Origin: Armatimonadota bacterium | Lineage (GTDB): Bacteria; Armatimonadota; SYMT01 | DNA length: 64,000 bases | Assembly (NCBI GenBank): GCA_041690135.1 | Contig: JAWLHY010000001.1 | Span: forward strand, 832,001-896,000 | Reading direction: 5' to 3' | Shown: piece after piece, positions 9,399 through 18,144 of the stretch | How positions within the stretch are numbered: position 1 is the stretch's first letter | Layout of the letters: each line of letters begins with the position of its first letter | Translations under genes and position numbers: made by a program | Notes under the pieces: generated by a model | Told to the model about the DNA's origin: nothing | Database searches by the model: none | Seen by the model: only the letters and a program-made list of their open reading frames with translations

Positions 9399-9724
9399 AG
9401 GTCTTTGGTGCCGGAGAAGTGAAAGTACAATGAAGAAAAGCGAAGTGGGGTGGATCGCAAATGCCCGGAACGGCCGGCGGCCAAACCCATAGACGCCGCG
9501 CCCCCCGGGGAGTTTCAAGGCGTACGAGGAATACGTCACACCCAACCGGACGCATCGCACCCGAACCCATGTAGTATAGGAACATACGTGGATCAGGCGT
9601 CGCTGGGCACCCGGGAGATCCGGGTGAGTCGCCTGGTTGCGCCCAGGCCGGATAGCCCCATCTCCTGTCCGTCCGGATGCCGGTCTCCGCATTCGGAACT
9701 GCATACCATACCCGAGGCACAGTT

Positions 9725-10273
9725 ATGAGACTTGACCGATCCCACCTCGTCGCGGGAGCCGCAGTCGCCCTGGTGGGGTCTCTGACCGTGGCCGCGCAAA
9801 GCGCGGCTCCGACCACCGCCCCCAAGCGGGAAGATCCGGCGTTGGCAGAAGCACGCATGCAGATTCAGGTGCTCACGGAGTTCTACCGCCAGGCAATCAC
9901 TGAGGCGCATGAGACCTGGGTGAGGGACGGCACCCCTCCGGCCGCCACGGTGCTCAAGCAGCTTTTCCCGCTGATGGAGAAGAAGGGCTGGCCCCGAACG
10001 CAGTGGCTCAGTGTCAATGGCCAGCCCGTGAACCCCGCGAACGCCCCACGCGACCGGTTCGAGGAGCAGGCTGCCCGGGCGCTCCGCCGTGGAGAGATCT
10101 TGGTCGAGGAGGTCCGGGGGAATAGCTACCGGGCCGTAGTGACCGTTCCGTTCACCGGCTCCTGCTACAAGTGTCACCCCACGAACAAGCCCCTTCATGG
10201 CCAGGGCGCGCTGAGTTTCCACTTGAACCTTGCGGCCCGAGACCGACGACCTCTCATGCCAAACAAGCGTTAA
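9725..10273 (+). CDS. DUF3365/Tll0287-like c-type heme protein
   Basis: Signal peptide; PVNPANAPRDRFE motif; CYKCH near the C-terminus followed by GALS. Confidence 0.8.
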   Translation: MRLDRSHLVAGAAVALVGSLTVAAQSAAPTTAPKREDPALAEARMQIQVLTEFYRQAITEAHETWVRDGTPPAATVLKQLFPLMEKKGWPRTQWLSVNGQPVNPANAPRDRFEEQAARALRRGEILVEEVRGNSYRAVVTVPFTGSCYKCHPTNKPLHGQGALSFHLNLAARDRRPLMPNKR

Positions 10274-11181
10274 AAACCGGTTCCCTTGAAGAGCAACGTG
10301 GCAGAGCGGATTGTGGATGCGTGGGCCGCCACTGTTTCCTCCAGGGTAGGGGCGTAACCGCCGCCCATCACGGTGACCACAGGCACTCCCGTCGCCAGGC
10401 AACGACCGATGACCAGTTCATCCCGGCGGCGCAAGCCCGCTCGGGTGAGAGCCAGCCGTCCCAGTCGATCCCCCGCCAGGGGATCGATGCCGGCCTGAAA
10501 GAACACCAACTCGGGACGGAACCGCTTCCAGATCTCATCCAGTTCCGTGGCGAGAATCCGCAGGTACTCCTCGTCTTCCACGCCATCCTGGAGGCCGACG
10601 TCCCGCGAGCCGGGAATCTTCTTCAGCGGGTAGTTGCTCTCGCAGTGGATGGAGAAGGTAAACACCCGCGGATCATCTCGCAGGATGGCGGCGGTGCCGT
10701 TTCCCTGGTGCACGTCACAATCGATCACCGCGATCCGGCGGTGGAAGCCCTCCGCCTGCAGCACCCGGATCGCGACCGCCATGTCGTTGAAAGCGCAGTA
10801 CCCCTCCCCGTGATCAGCGAACGCGTGGTGCGAGCCCCCGGCGAGGTTGCAGGCCACCCCGGTTTCCAGGGCCGCCCGCGCCGCCCGGAGCGTGCCTCCC
10901 GTGGCATACAGCGCGCGACGCCGCAGGGCTGGTGTCCACGGGAACCCCAGCCGGCGCTCCTCCCCGGCGGTCAACTCACCTGCCAGGAAGCGATGGACGT
11001 AATCGGCCGTGTGCGCCAGCAGCAACTCGGCCTCGGTCGCCGGCTCGGCCCAGAGGATCTCTGCGTCCGAGATGACGTCCTCCGCCCGCAGCGCCTCGAA
11101 CACCCGCCGGTACTTCGCCATCGGGAAGCGGTGATGCTCCCCCAGGTCAAAACTGTAGTGCGGACTGTACGCGACCTTCAC
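10270..11181 (-). CDS. Histone deacetylase family protein
   Basis: HRFPMAKY, GGSHHA, GYCAFND, DCDVHQGNGT, GGGY; GTG start overlaps upstream TGA (GTGA). Confidence 0.9.
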   Translation of the reverse strand: MKVAYSPHYSFDLGEHHRFPMAKYRRVFEALRAEDVISDAEILWAEPATEAELLLAHTADYVHRFLAGELTAGEERRLGFPWTPALRRRALYATGGTLRAARAALETGVACNLAGGSHHAFADHGEGYCAFNDMAVAIRVLQAEGFHRRIAVIDCDVHQGNGTAAILRDDPRVFTFSIHCESNYPLKKIPGSRDVGLQDGVEDEEYLRILATELDEIWKRFRPELVFFQAGIDPLAGDRLGRLALTRAGLRRRDELVIGRCLATGVPVVTVMGGGYAPTLEETVAAHASTIRSATLLFKGTGF

Positions 11182-12068
11182 TGCGGATAAATCAGATACC
11201 CCTTCCGCTCCGTCCGCGCCGCCAGCACGTGTCCCGTGCCGGTCGTCACGTAGAGGGTGCTCAGGTCCGGTCCGCCCCACGTGCAGTTCGTGGGCCGATC
11301 GAATGGAACGGGGTGGGTCTCCAGCACGCGTCCGGTGGGAGAGAAGACGTAGATCATCGGACCGGGACCGCTTTCCTCCCAGCCGGCCGTCGCCACGATG
11401 TTCCCCTCCACGTCGAGGCACATCCCGTCGATGCTGCGGTGAGGATAGAAGTTGTGGAGCACGCGGTGCGCTCCGAGCGAGCCGTCCGCCTGGATCGGAT
11501 AGGCGCGCAGCTCTCGCTTGCGGTCCACGCCGTATTCACTCTGGGCGACGTAGAGCGTGGACTGGTCCGGAGAGATCAGCAGTCCATTCGGCCGGGTGGT
11601 ATCGAAGGTCACTCGCTCCAAACGCCACGAGGGGTCGCCCTCTGTTCCGGAGGGTGCTGCACGGAAGACCGATTCGTGGTCGAGTTCCATGTCGTCCCGG
11701 AAGTCGCCGTAGCGCGGATCGGTAAACCACAGACGGCCCTCCCGGTCGAAGGCCAGGTCATTCGGGCTGTTGAGGCGCGCCCCCTCGAAGCGATCGGCGA
11801 TTACGGTGACCTCGCCGTCCGATTCGTACCGGACGATCCGGCGCCCCTCTCCGGAGCCCTGGCAGCCGTAGAGCCGCCCGGCGCGGTCGAACATCAGGCC
11901 ATTGCCCTGGTGCGTCCCTTCCCGGTATACCGTGGTCTCCCCACTCCGGGGATCGTACCGCAAGATCCGGCTGCTGGGGATGTCCGAGAAAAGGAGCGCC
12001 TCACCCTCCCAGGCCGGTCCTTCCGTAAAGCCAAAGGGACCCGCCACCACCTCGAATTGCCACGCCAT
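11178..12068 (-). CDS. SMP-30/gluconolactonase/LRE family protein
   Basis: FTEGPAW, NSPNDL, RPNGL, DGMCLD, PTNCTWGG. Confidence 0.9.
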   Translation of the reverse strand: MAWQFEVVAGPFGFTEGPAWEGEALLFSDIPSSRILRYDPRSGETTVYREGTHQGNGLMFDRAGRLYGCQGSGEGRRIVRYESDGEVTVIADRFEGARLNSPNDLAFDREGRLWFTDPRYGDFRDDMELDHESVFRAAPSGTEGDPSWRLERVTFDTTRPNGLLISPDQSTLYVAQSEYGVDRKRELRAYPIQADGSLGAHRVLHNFYPHRSIDGMCLDVEGNIVATAGWEESGPGPMIYVFSPTGRVLETHPVPFDRPTNCTWGGPDLSTLYVTTGTGHVLAARTERKGYLIYPQ

Positions 12069-12397
12069 TGTAGTTCTCCCGCTGGGTCGAAAGTGTGTTC
12101 CGGTCAGGTTTTATCGCGTCCGATCGGCCCGGCCCGCGAAACAGATGGTAAACCGCCGTACCGGATATGGAAAGATGCCTTCAGCAACGGATCGGATCAA
12201 GTAAAGAAACAGGCGCTCTCCGGATTACTTGTAGCCCATGGTGGGATAGGTCCGGCGAGAATTTCCCCACGACGGCCGATAGCGGACCCAACGGCCGACG
12301 GCCATACTGGGAGAGGTCCTACCGGGGCGGATCTCACCGGGAGCGCAAGAAACGGAACGGCTCGGCGAACCGGCAAAGGTGCGGAGGAAACGAAGCG

Positions 12398-12892
12398 ATG
12401 ACCTGGTTCGATGGATTGATACTACTGGTTGGGTTGGCGGTGGTTGCCTGGGAAGTGCGACAGGAAGCCGGTCGCAGCCTGTTGGATACGATCGCGGTAC
12501 TGGGGGCAGCCCACTGTTCCAGCCAATACGGGCCGGCGGTCACCCGCATGCTCCATTGGAAGCCGCTGCCGGGCACAGAGACGTCGCCGGGGGCGCAGAT
12601 TCTCTGCTTCTTCGCCGTGTTGGCGCTGGGTCTCTGGATTGGGCGCACGGTGCACTGTCAACTCCGGTGGTCCATGGACCAGTTCGACTGGATGTTCGGC
12701 ATGGCGTTCGCCGTGGTGATTACGGTGACGGCCGGGCACCTGCTGACCGACGTCGTCGCGCGGCAGGCGATTCTGGCCAACGGCGCGTTGCCGGAATACT
12801 TCGACAGCTCCCTTCTCGCCGAGGAACTGCGTTCCTTCCGGAGCTATCACTACGTGCTGGAGACGTTCCACAACGCGCAGGGGTCGCGTTGA
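12398..12892 (+). CDS. CvpA-like membrane protein
   Basis: MTWFDGLILL start, about four hydrophobic helices, C-terminal SLL; GGAGG RBS. Confidence 0.55.
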   Translation: MTWFDGLILLVGLAVVAWEVRQEAGRSLLDTIAVLGAAHCSSQYGPAVTRMLHWKPLPGTETSPGAQILCFFAVLALGLWIGRTVHCQLRWSMDQFDWMFGMAFAVVITVTAGHLLTDVVARQAILANGALPEYFDSSLLAEELRSFRSYHYVLETFHNAQGSR

Positions 12893-12917
12893 CGCACCCC
12901 CAGACGGGTGGTACAAT
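12889..12917 (+). promoter_or_regulatory. sigma70-type promoter of the BMP ABC operon
   Basis: TTGACG-N17-TACAAT with extended TG. Confidence 0.7.
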
Positions 12918-12968
12918 GGCCTGATTGGTCGGATTTCGGCAATCCTCACTCCCATTCAGGCGCATCCT

Positions 12969-13982
12969 ATGATCACCCGTCGCTCCCTGCTCGCAGCCCC
13001 GCTCCTGCTCGTCGCCGGCGGATGTGGTCCTTCCCAGCCAGGCACCACCGGCAACGACCCCTCCACGGCCGGGGCTCCCGCCTCCGCCGAGGCGCTGAAG
13101 GTTGGGCTCGTCACAAACGGCTCGCTGGCCGACAGTGGTTGGAACTCCCTGGCGGGGCAGGGCCTGGAGCAGATGAAGAGCGAGTTGGGTGCTTCCACGA
13201 GCCATCAGAACGCGGGGGCAGCCCAGGCGGAGGAAGCTCTCCGTGGTTTCGCCCGGGACGGGTTCAAGCTCGTGTTCGCGCACGGCAGCGAGTTCGGCGA
13301 TGCCGCGAAACGGGTGGGTGAAGAGTACCCGGAGACCTACTTCGTGGTTAGCAGCGGCGAGGTGGAGGCGGCCAACGTCGCTTCCCTGGTGTTCGATTTC
13401 GGCGAGGCGACCTACCTTGCGGGCATGGCGGCCGCTGGTCTCTCCAAGAGCGGCAAAGCCGGTCAGATCGGGGGGCAGGACTTCCCTCCCGTCGTTCAGG
13501 GGTTCAAGCTGTTCGAACAGGGCGGCAAAGCCGTCAACCCCAACTTCGCCACCACCATCACGTACCTGGGTAACTGGTCGGATGCCAATGCCGCCAAGGA
13601 GAAGGCGCTGGCGATGATCAACGACGGTGCGGACGTCATCTTCCAGAATTGCGACGCCGCCGGGTCCGGGATCTTCCAGGCTGCCGAGGAAAACCAGGAT
13701 AAGGGGATCCTGGTGATCGGCTCGAATGCGAACCAGAACGATCTCAAGCCGGAGGTGATCGCGGCCAGCGCGGTGATCGATGTCCCGAAGACCTTCATGA
13801 CCGTGGCCCGGGACGTGAAGGAAGGGCGCTTCAAGGGCGGGATCTACCGCGAGAGCCTGAAGAGCGACACGGTCTACCTCGCCATTAACGATCGCTTCAA
13901 GGACCGGATTCCGGCGGAAGTGATGAAGAAGATCGAGGAAGCCGAGAAGTCCATCCGGGAAGGTAGCCTCAAGCTGGTCTAA
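12969..13982 (+). CDS. BMP family ABC transporter substrate-binding lipoprotein (nucleoside-type)
   Basis: Lipobox AGGC; DSGWN, AHGSEF, YLAGMAA, GADVIF. Confidence 0.88.
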   Translation: MITRRSLLAAPLLLVAGGCGPSQPGTTGNDPSTAGAPASAEALKVGLVTNGSLADSGWNSLAGQGLEQMKSELGASTSHQNAGAAQAEEALRGFARDGFKLVFAHGSEFGDAAKRVGEEYPETYFVVSSGEVEAANVASLVFDFGEATYLAGMAAAGLSKSGKAGQIGGQDFPPVVQGFKLFEQGGKAVNPNFATTITYLGNWSDANAAKEKALAMINDGADVIFQNCDAAGSGIFQAAEENQDKGILVIGSNANQNDLKPEVIAASAVIDVPKTFMTVARDVKEGRFKGGIYRESLKSDTVYLAINDRFKDRIPAEVMKKIEEAEKSIREGSLKLV

Positions 13983-15514
13983 TGACTGTTCACATGAGGG
14001 GGATCGTAAAGCAGTTCGATGCCACCCGGGCCCTCAACGGGGTGGACTTCGAGTTGCTGCCGGGGGAGATCCATGCCCTGCTGGGTGAGAACGGCGCCGG
14101 CAAGTCGACCCTCATGCAGGTCCTCTCGGGGCTTTATCCGCCGGACGCGGGGACGATCGAGGTGCGGGGTACGCCGGTCCGGTTCCGTTCCGCGCGGGAT
14201 GCCACGCGGGCTGGGATCGGGATGGTGCATCAGCATTTCACGCTGGTCGAGAACTTCACCGTCGCGGAAAATCTGGCCCTCGCCCTCCCCTCCCAAACTC
14301 CTTTCTTCCTCCCGCGCCGCCATCTCGCGGCGGAGGCCCTGGCCCTCGCCGAGCACCTTGGCTGGAAGCTGGACCCCAATACACCCGTCTGGCAGTTGCC
14401 GGTCGGCGTGCAGCAGCGGTTGGAGATCGTCAAGGTCCTGGCCCAGCAACCGGAGATCCTCATCTTCGACGAGCCGACCGCCGTGCTCGCCCCGGTCGAG
14501 TTGGACGAGCTGTTCTCCGTGCTCGCCCGCTTGCGTTCCGAAGGAAAATCGATCGTCTTCATCAGCCATAAGCTGAACGAAGTGATGCGCCTTTGTGATC
14601 GGGTGACTGTGCTGCGGCGCGGGGAGAACGCCGGCACCGTGGCGGTGGCCGACACGAACCCGGAAGATCTCGCGCGACGGATGGTCGGCGATCAGGCCGA
14701 ACGAGAACTGGAAGCTGAGTGCCCCGACGCGATCCCGGCTCCGGGTGCTGGCGCGGGTGAGACCGTGCTCGGAATCAAGAACCTCTGGGTGCGGGATGCG
14801 CGGGGGGTGGACGCTCTGCGTGGAGTTTCCCTCGAACTTCGGGAAGGAGAGATTCTCGGGGTTGCCGGGGTGGACGGAAACGGACAGGCGGAGCTTGCGG
14901 AGGCCGTGCTCGGTCTCTGCCGTGCGTCGCGGGGCACGGTGGAGTTCCACTATCGCAACGGCGCCCGGGGCACCCCGGTTCGCAGCGAGATCGGCTACGT
15001 CCCGCAGGACCGGCGCCGGGAAGGGCTGGTGCCAAGCATGTCCGTGCGCGACAACCTGATCCTGGAATTGCACCAGGAGCCGGGGGCGAGTTGGGGGCCC
15101 TGGTTGCGTTGGAGTTATCTGAACGGGCGAGCGGCCGAAATGGTGAGCGCCTATGATGTTCGGACCGCTTCCCTCGCCCAACCGGCCGGCACGCTCTCCG
15201 GGGGTAACCAGCAGAAGATCGTGATCGGGCGCGCGCTGGACAAGCAGCCACGGTTGCTGGTGGTCGTGAACCCGACCCGCGGCGTGGATGTGGGCGCTAC
15301 CGCTTACGTTCACGAGCAACTCGTGGCCCAGCGGCGGCGCGGCGCGGCCATCCTCTTGATCTCCACCGAGCTCGACGAAGTGATCCGCCTCTCGGATCGT
15401 GTCGCCGTGCTCTATGAAGGGGAGCTCATGGGGATCGTTCCTCCCTCCACGCCCCGAGAGCAATTGGGTTTGATGATGGGCGGCAAGCGGACCACGGATC
15501 ATGCCCTCGCGTAA
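13982..15514 (+). CDS. ABC transporter ATP-binding protein (two NBDs, nucleoside/sugar type)
   Basis: GENGAGKST, MVHQHF, DEPTAVL, LSGGNQQK, PTRGVDVGA. Confidence 0.95.
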   Translation: MTVHMRGIVKQFDATRALNGVDFELLPGEIHALLGENGAGKSTLMQVLSGLYPPDAGTIEVRGTPVRFRSARDATRAGIGMVHQHFTLVENFTVAENLALALPSQTPFFLPRRHLAAEALALAEHLGWKLDPNTPVWQLPVGVQQRLEIVKVLAQQPEILIFDEPTAVLAPVELDELFSVLARLRSEGKSIVFISHKLNEVMRLCDRVTVLRRGENAGTVAVADTNPEDLARRMVGDQAERELEAECPDAIPAPGAGAGETVLGIKNLWVRDARGVDALRGVSLELREGEILGVAGVDGNGQAELAEAVLGLCRASRGTVEFHYRNGARGTPVRSEIGYVPQDRRREGLVPSMSVRDNLILELHQEPGASWGPWLRWSYLNGRAAEMVSAYDVRTASLAQPAGTLSGGNQQKIVIGRALDKQPRLLVVVNPTRGVDVGATAYVHEQLVAQRRRGAAILLISTELDEVIRLSDRVAVLYEGELMGIVPPSTPREQLGLMMGGKRTTDHALA

Positions 15515-16640
15515 GTGGGCCTCGGTCGCCCTCGGGAGCCTGATCGCTGTTCTGGCTCTGGTCCTGGTGGTTGCCGTCGTCATTGCCCTGGTGGTGCTGG
15601 CGCTGGGAGGTCAACCCGGGGAGGCGCTCTCCGCGATCCTGACCGGTTCGACCGGCACGCCCGCCGGGCTCACCGAGACGCTCATCAAGGCGACCCCGTT
15701 GATCCTGACCGGTCTTTGCATCACGGTCGCCTTCCGCTGCGGCATCTGGAACATCGGCGCAGAGGGCCAACTGCTGATGGGCATGCTGGGGTCGGCGGCC
15801 ACTGCCCTGGCACTGCCTCCCCTTCCTCCCCTGCTCGCCGCCCCGCTCTGCCTCCTCGCGGGCGCTGCTTCCGGAGCTGCCTGGGCCGGCTTTGCCGCCT
15901 GGCTCAAGGTCCGGCGGGACATCCCGGAAGTGATCAGCACGATCATGCTGAACTTCCTGGCTGTCTACCTGATCGAATACCTGGTGCGGGGCCCCATGCG
16001 GGACGCCCAGAGCATCAACGACTGGAGCCCGCCCATGCCGGAGTGGACCCAGTTGGCGCGGCTGCGCGAAATCTCCGGCATTCGGCAGGTCGGCGGAGGC
16101 ACACTGTCTCTACCCAATGGTCAGCCGGTGCTTGCTTTCGGCCTGGACGCGGGCCATCTCCACCTCGGGGTGCTGTTGGCGATAGCGACCGCCGGCGCCG
16201 TCTGGCTCTGGCTAGCCCGAACAGGCGTGGGGTTCCGGATCCGGGCCGTGGGGTTCAATCCGGTCGCCGCGCTGACTGCCGGCATGCCGGTGAGCCGGAC
16301 CGTATGGATCGCCTTCCTCGCCAGCGGGGCATTGGCGGGATTGGGTGGCGCCGTCGAACAGCTCTCGGTGATCTCCCGGCTGCACCGCTTCGCTCCGGGC
16401 GAGCCCGGCTACGGCTTCTCCGGCATCGCCGTGGCCTTGCTGGCGCAGCTTCATCCTGCCGGCGTGCTCGGCTCCGCCCTCTTCTTCGGCGCCCTCTCCG
16501 CCGGCTGCGACCGCATGCAGCGCGTGGCCGGGATCAGTTTCCACGTGGCCTACGTCATCCAGGCCGTCATCGTGCTCCTCCTCGCGTGCCTCCCTCAAGG
16601 GCTGTCCCGCTTCCGCGCCCGTCACAAAACCGGGAACTAA
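15501..16640 (+). CDS. ABC transporter permease (nucleoside-type)
   Basis: NIGAEGQ, EVISTIMLN, GFSGIAVALL. Confidence 0.92.
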   Translation: MPSRKWASVALGSLIAVLALVLVVAVVIALVVLALGGQPGEALSAILTGSTGTPAGLTETLIKATPLILTGLCITVAFRCGIWNIGAEGQLLMGMLGSAATALALPPLPPLLAAPLCLLAGAASGAAWAGFAAWLKVRRDIPEVISTIMLNFLAVYLIEYLVRGPMRDAQSINDWSPPMPEWTQLARLREISGIRQVGGGTLSLPNGQPVLAFGLDAGHLHLGVLLAIATAGAVWLWLARTGVGFRIRAVGFNPVAALTAGMPVSRTVWIAFLASGALAGLGGAVEQLSVISRLHRFAPGEPGYGFSGIAVALLAQLHPAGVLGSALFFGALSAGCDRMQRVAGISFHVAYVIQAVIVLLLACLPQGLSRFRARHKTGN

Positions 16641-16944
16641 GCGTAAAGAAGGGTGCGCATACTCTGTGGACGTAAGGCGCTCGCAGCCGGGCTGCCACTG
16701 CCTGTACCGGCTGGCGTCACGGACTCTCAACGTGCACTTGCCCGAAACGCAGGGCACCTCGGAGAGGAATGGCGTGTCTGAGCGTTGAAAGAAGATGCCG
16801 GATTAGCCGTTTCGGTAGCAGACCCGGTGTCCTCGATCGGGCGGCCCACCGGTCGTTAGCGCGGCCGGACGCCTGTTGTTAACCTGCCAGCGACCGCTTG
16901 CGCTCGCTGTAGACCACCCTATCCAGCAAGGAGAATCTCCAGAG

Positions 16945-17322
16945 ATGACTCGATTCCATCGAGCCCTGTTCGGCGCAGTGGCGGCCGCCGCCGTCGTATC
17001 GCTGCCGTTGGTTACGGCCTCGGCTGCCGCGCCCAAGAAGAAGGCCCCCGCAAAGAAGGCTGCCCCCGCCAAGGCGAAGGGCGATGTGAAGGCCGGCCTT
17101 ACCGCCTTCAAGGCCGAAGGCTGCACCGGCTGCCACAAGACCAAGGATTTCGCCGACGCCGGCACCATCGGCCCGGATCTCAGCAAGATCGCCGCCGAGC
17201 ACAAGGCGCCGGAAATCGCGGCCTACATCAAGAAGCCAAAGTCCGGCAGCATCATGCCCGCCTTCAAGGGCCCGCAGAAGGCCATCGACGACATGACCGC
17301 TTACCTCCTCACCCAGAAGTAA
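16945..17322 (+). CDS. Monoheme cytochrome c
   Basis: Signal peptide, Lys/Ala/Pro linker, CTGCH, GPDLS, MPAF axial Met. Confidence 0.9.
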   Translation: MTRFHRALFGAVAAAAVVSLPLVTASAAAPKKKAPAKKAAPAKAKGDVKAGLTAFKAEGCTGCHKTKDFADAGTIGPDLSKIAAEHKAPEIAAYIKKPKSGSIMPAFKGPQKAIDDMTAYLLTQK

Positions 17323-17347
17323 GCAGCCTCTGTCGTTGGCAAACAGT

Positions 17348-17390
17348 AAGGCCCGGCTGCCCCACTTCAGGGGCAGCCGGGCCTTTATTC
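17348..17390. terminator. Intrinsic terminator-like hairpin between convergent genes
   Basis: AAGGCCCGGCTGCCCC-ACTTCA-GGGGCAGCCGGGCCTT. Confidence 0.75.
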
Positions 17391-17415
17391 ATCCAGACCG
17401 ATGCAATGCCCAGTA

Positions 17416-18144
17416 TCAGACCAAACGGTAGCCCAGGTCTTCCAGTCGAATCTGGGGCTGGTACCCCAGGCGCTCGCGGGCTTTGTCGAGATCCCAGCGA
17501 CGGTGTGAGGACTCCCCGACCAGGTGGATGACCTCGTAACCCAGGCCGGAGACCGTGGCGGCCATTTCGTAGGCGCGGCAGAGCTCCGGTATGGCAATCC
17601 ATTGGGGAAGGATCGGCTGCTCGCGCACCGCCGGGTCTTCCAGATCGACCGGTTTCGCGATTCGCAGGCAGACGGCGGAGAGCCCGAACCGCTGGTGGTA
17701 GTCGCGCGCGATCACCTCCCCCAGGTGCTTGGTGATGGCGTAACTGCCGACCGGTCGCGCTTCGGCATCCGGACCGACGGGTTCGTCCGGACCGTAGCCC
17801 CAGACCACCGTCAGGCTGCTGGTGTAGACCACTCGCCCCACCCCACAGCGGCGGGCCGCCTCGAAGACGTTGTAGGTCCCCTTGACGTTGACGTCGAAGC
17901 GCAGGGAGTTAAACGCGTCGTCCTCGAAGTCGCCCTCGTGGCCGGAAGCGATCGCCAGGTGGATGACCGCGTCGACCCCCTCGCACGCAGCCTCGACTTC
18001 CGCGATCCGGGTAATATCCACCGCTCGCCAGCCGGGTTCATTTGGTGCGTGGAGATCCGCCAGCACCAGTTCGTGGCGGGGTGCCAGGAACGGCGCGAGT
18101 CGGCGGCCGACGAAGCCGCTCGCGCCGGTGATGAGGATTCTCAC
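17416..18144 (-). CDS. NAD-dependent epimerase/dehydratase (uronate dehydrogenase-like)
   Basis: ITGASGFVG, HLA, YAITK; GTG start overlapping the upstream stop. Confidence 0.85.
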   Translation of the reverse strand: MRILITGASGFVGRRLAPFLAPRHELVLADLHAPNEPGWRAVDITRIAEVEAACEGVDAVIHLAIASGHEGDFEDDAFNSLRFDVNVKGTYNVFEAARRCGVGRVVYTSSLTVVWGYGPDEPVGPDAEARPVGSYAITKHLGEVIARDYHQRFGLSAVCLRIAKPVDLEDPAVREQPILPQWIAIPELCRAYEMAATVSGLGYEVIHLVGESSHRRWDLDKARERLGYQPQIRLEDLGYRLV

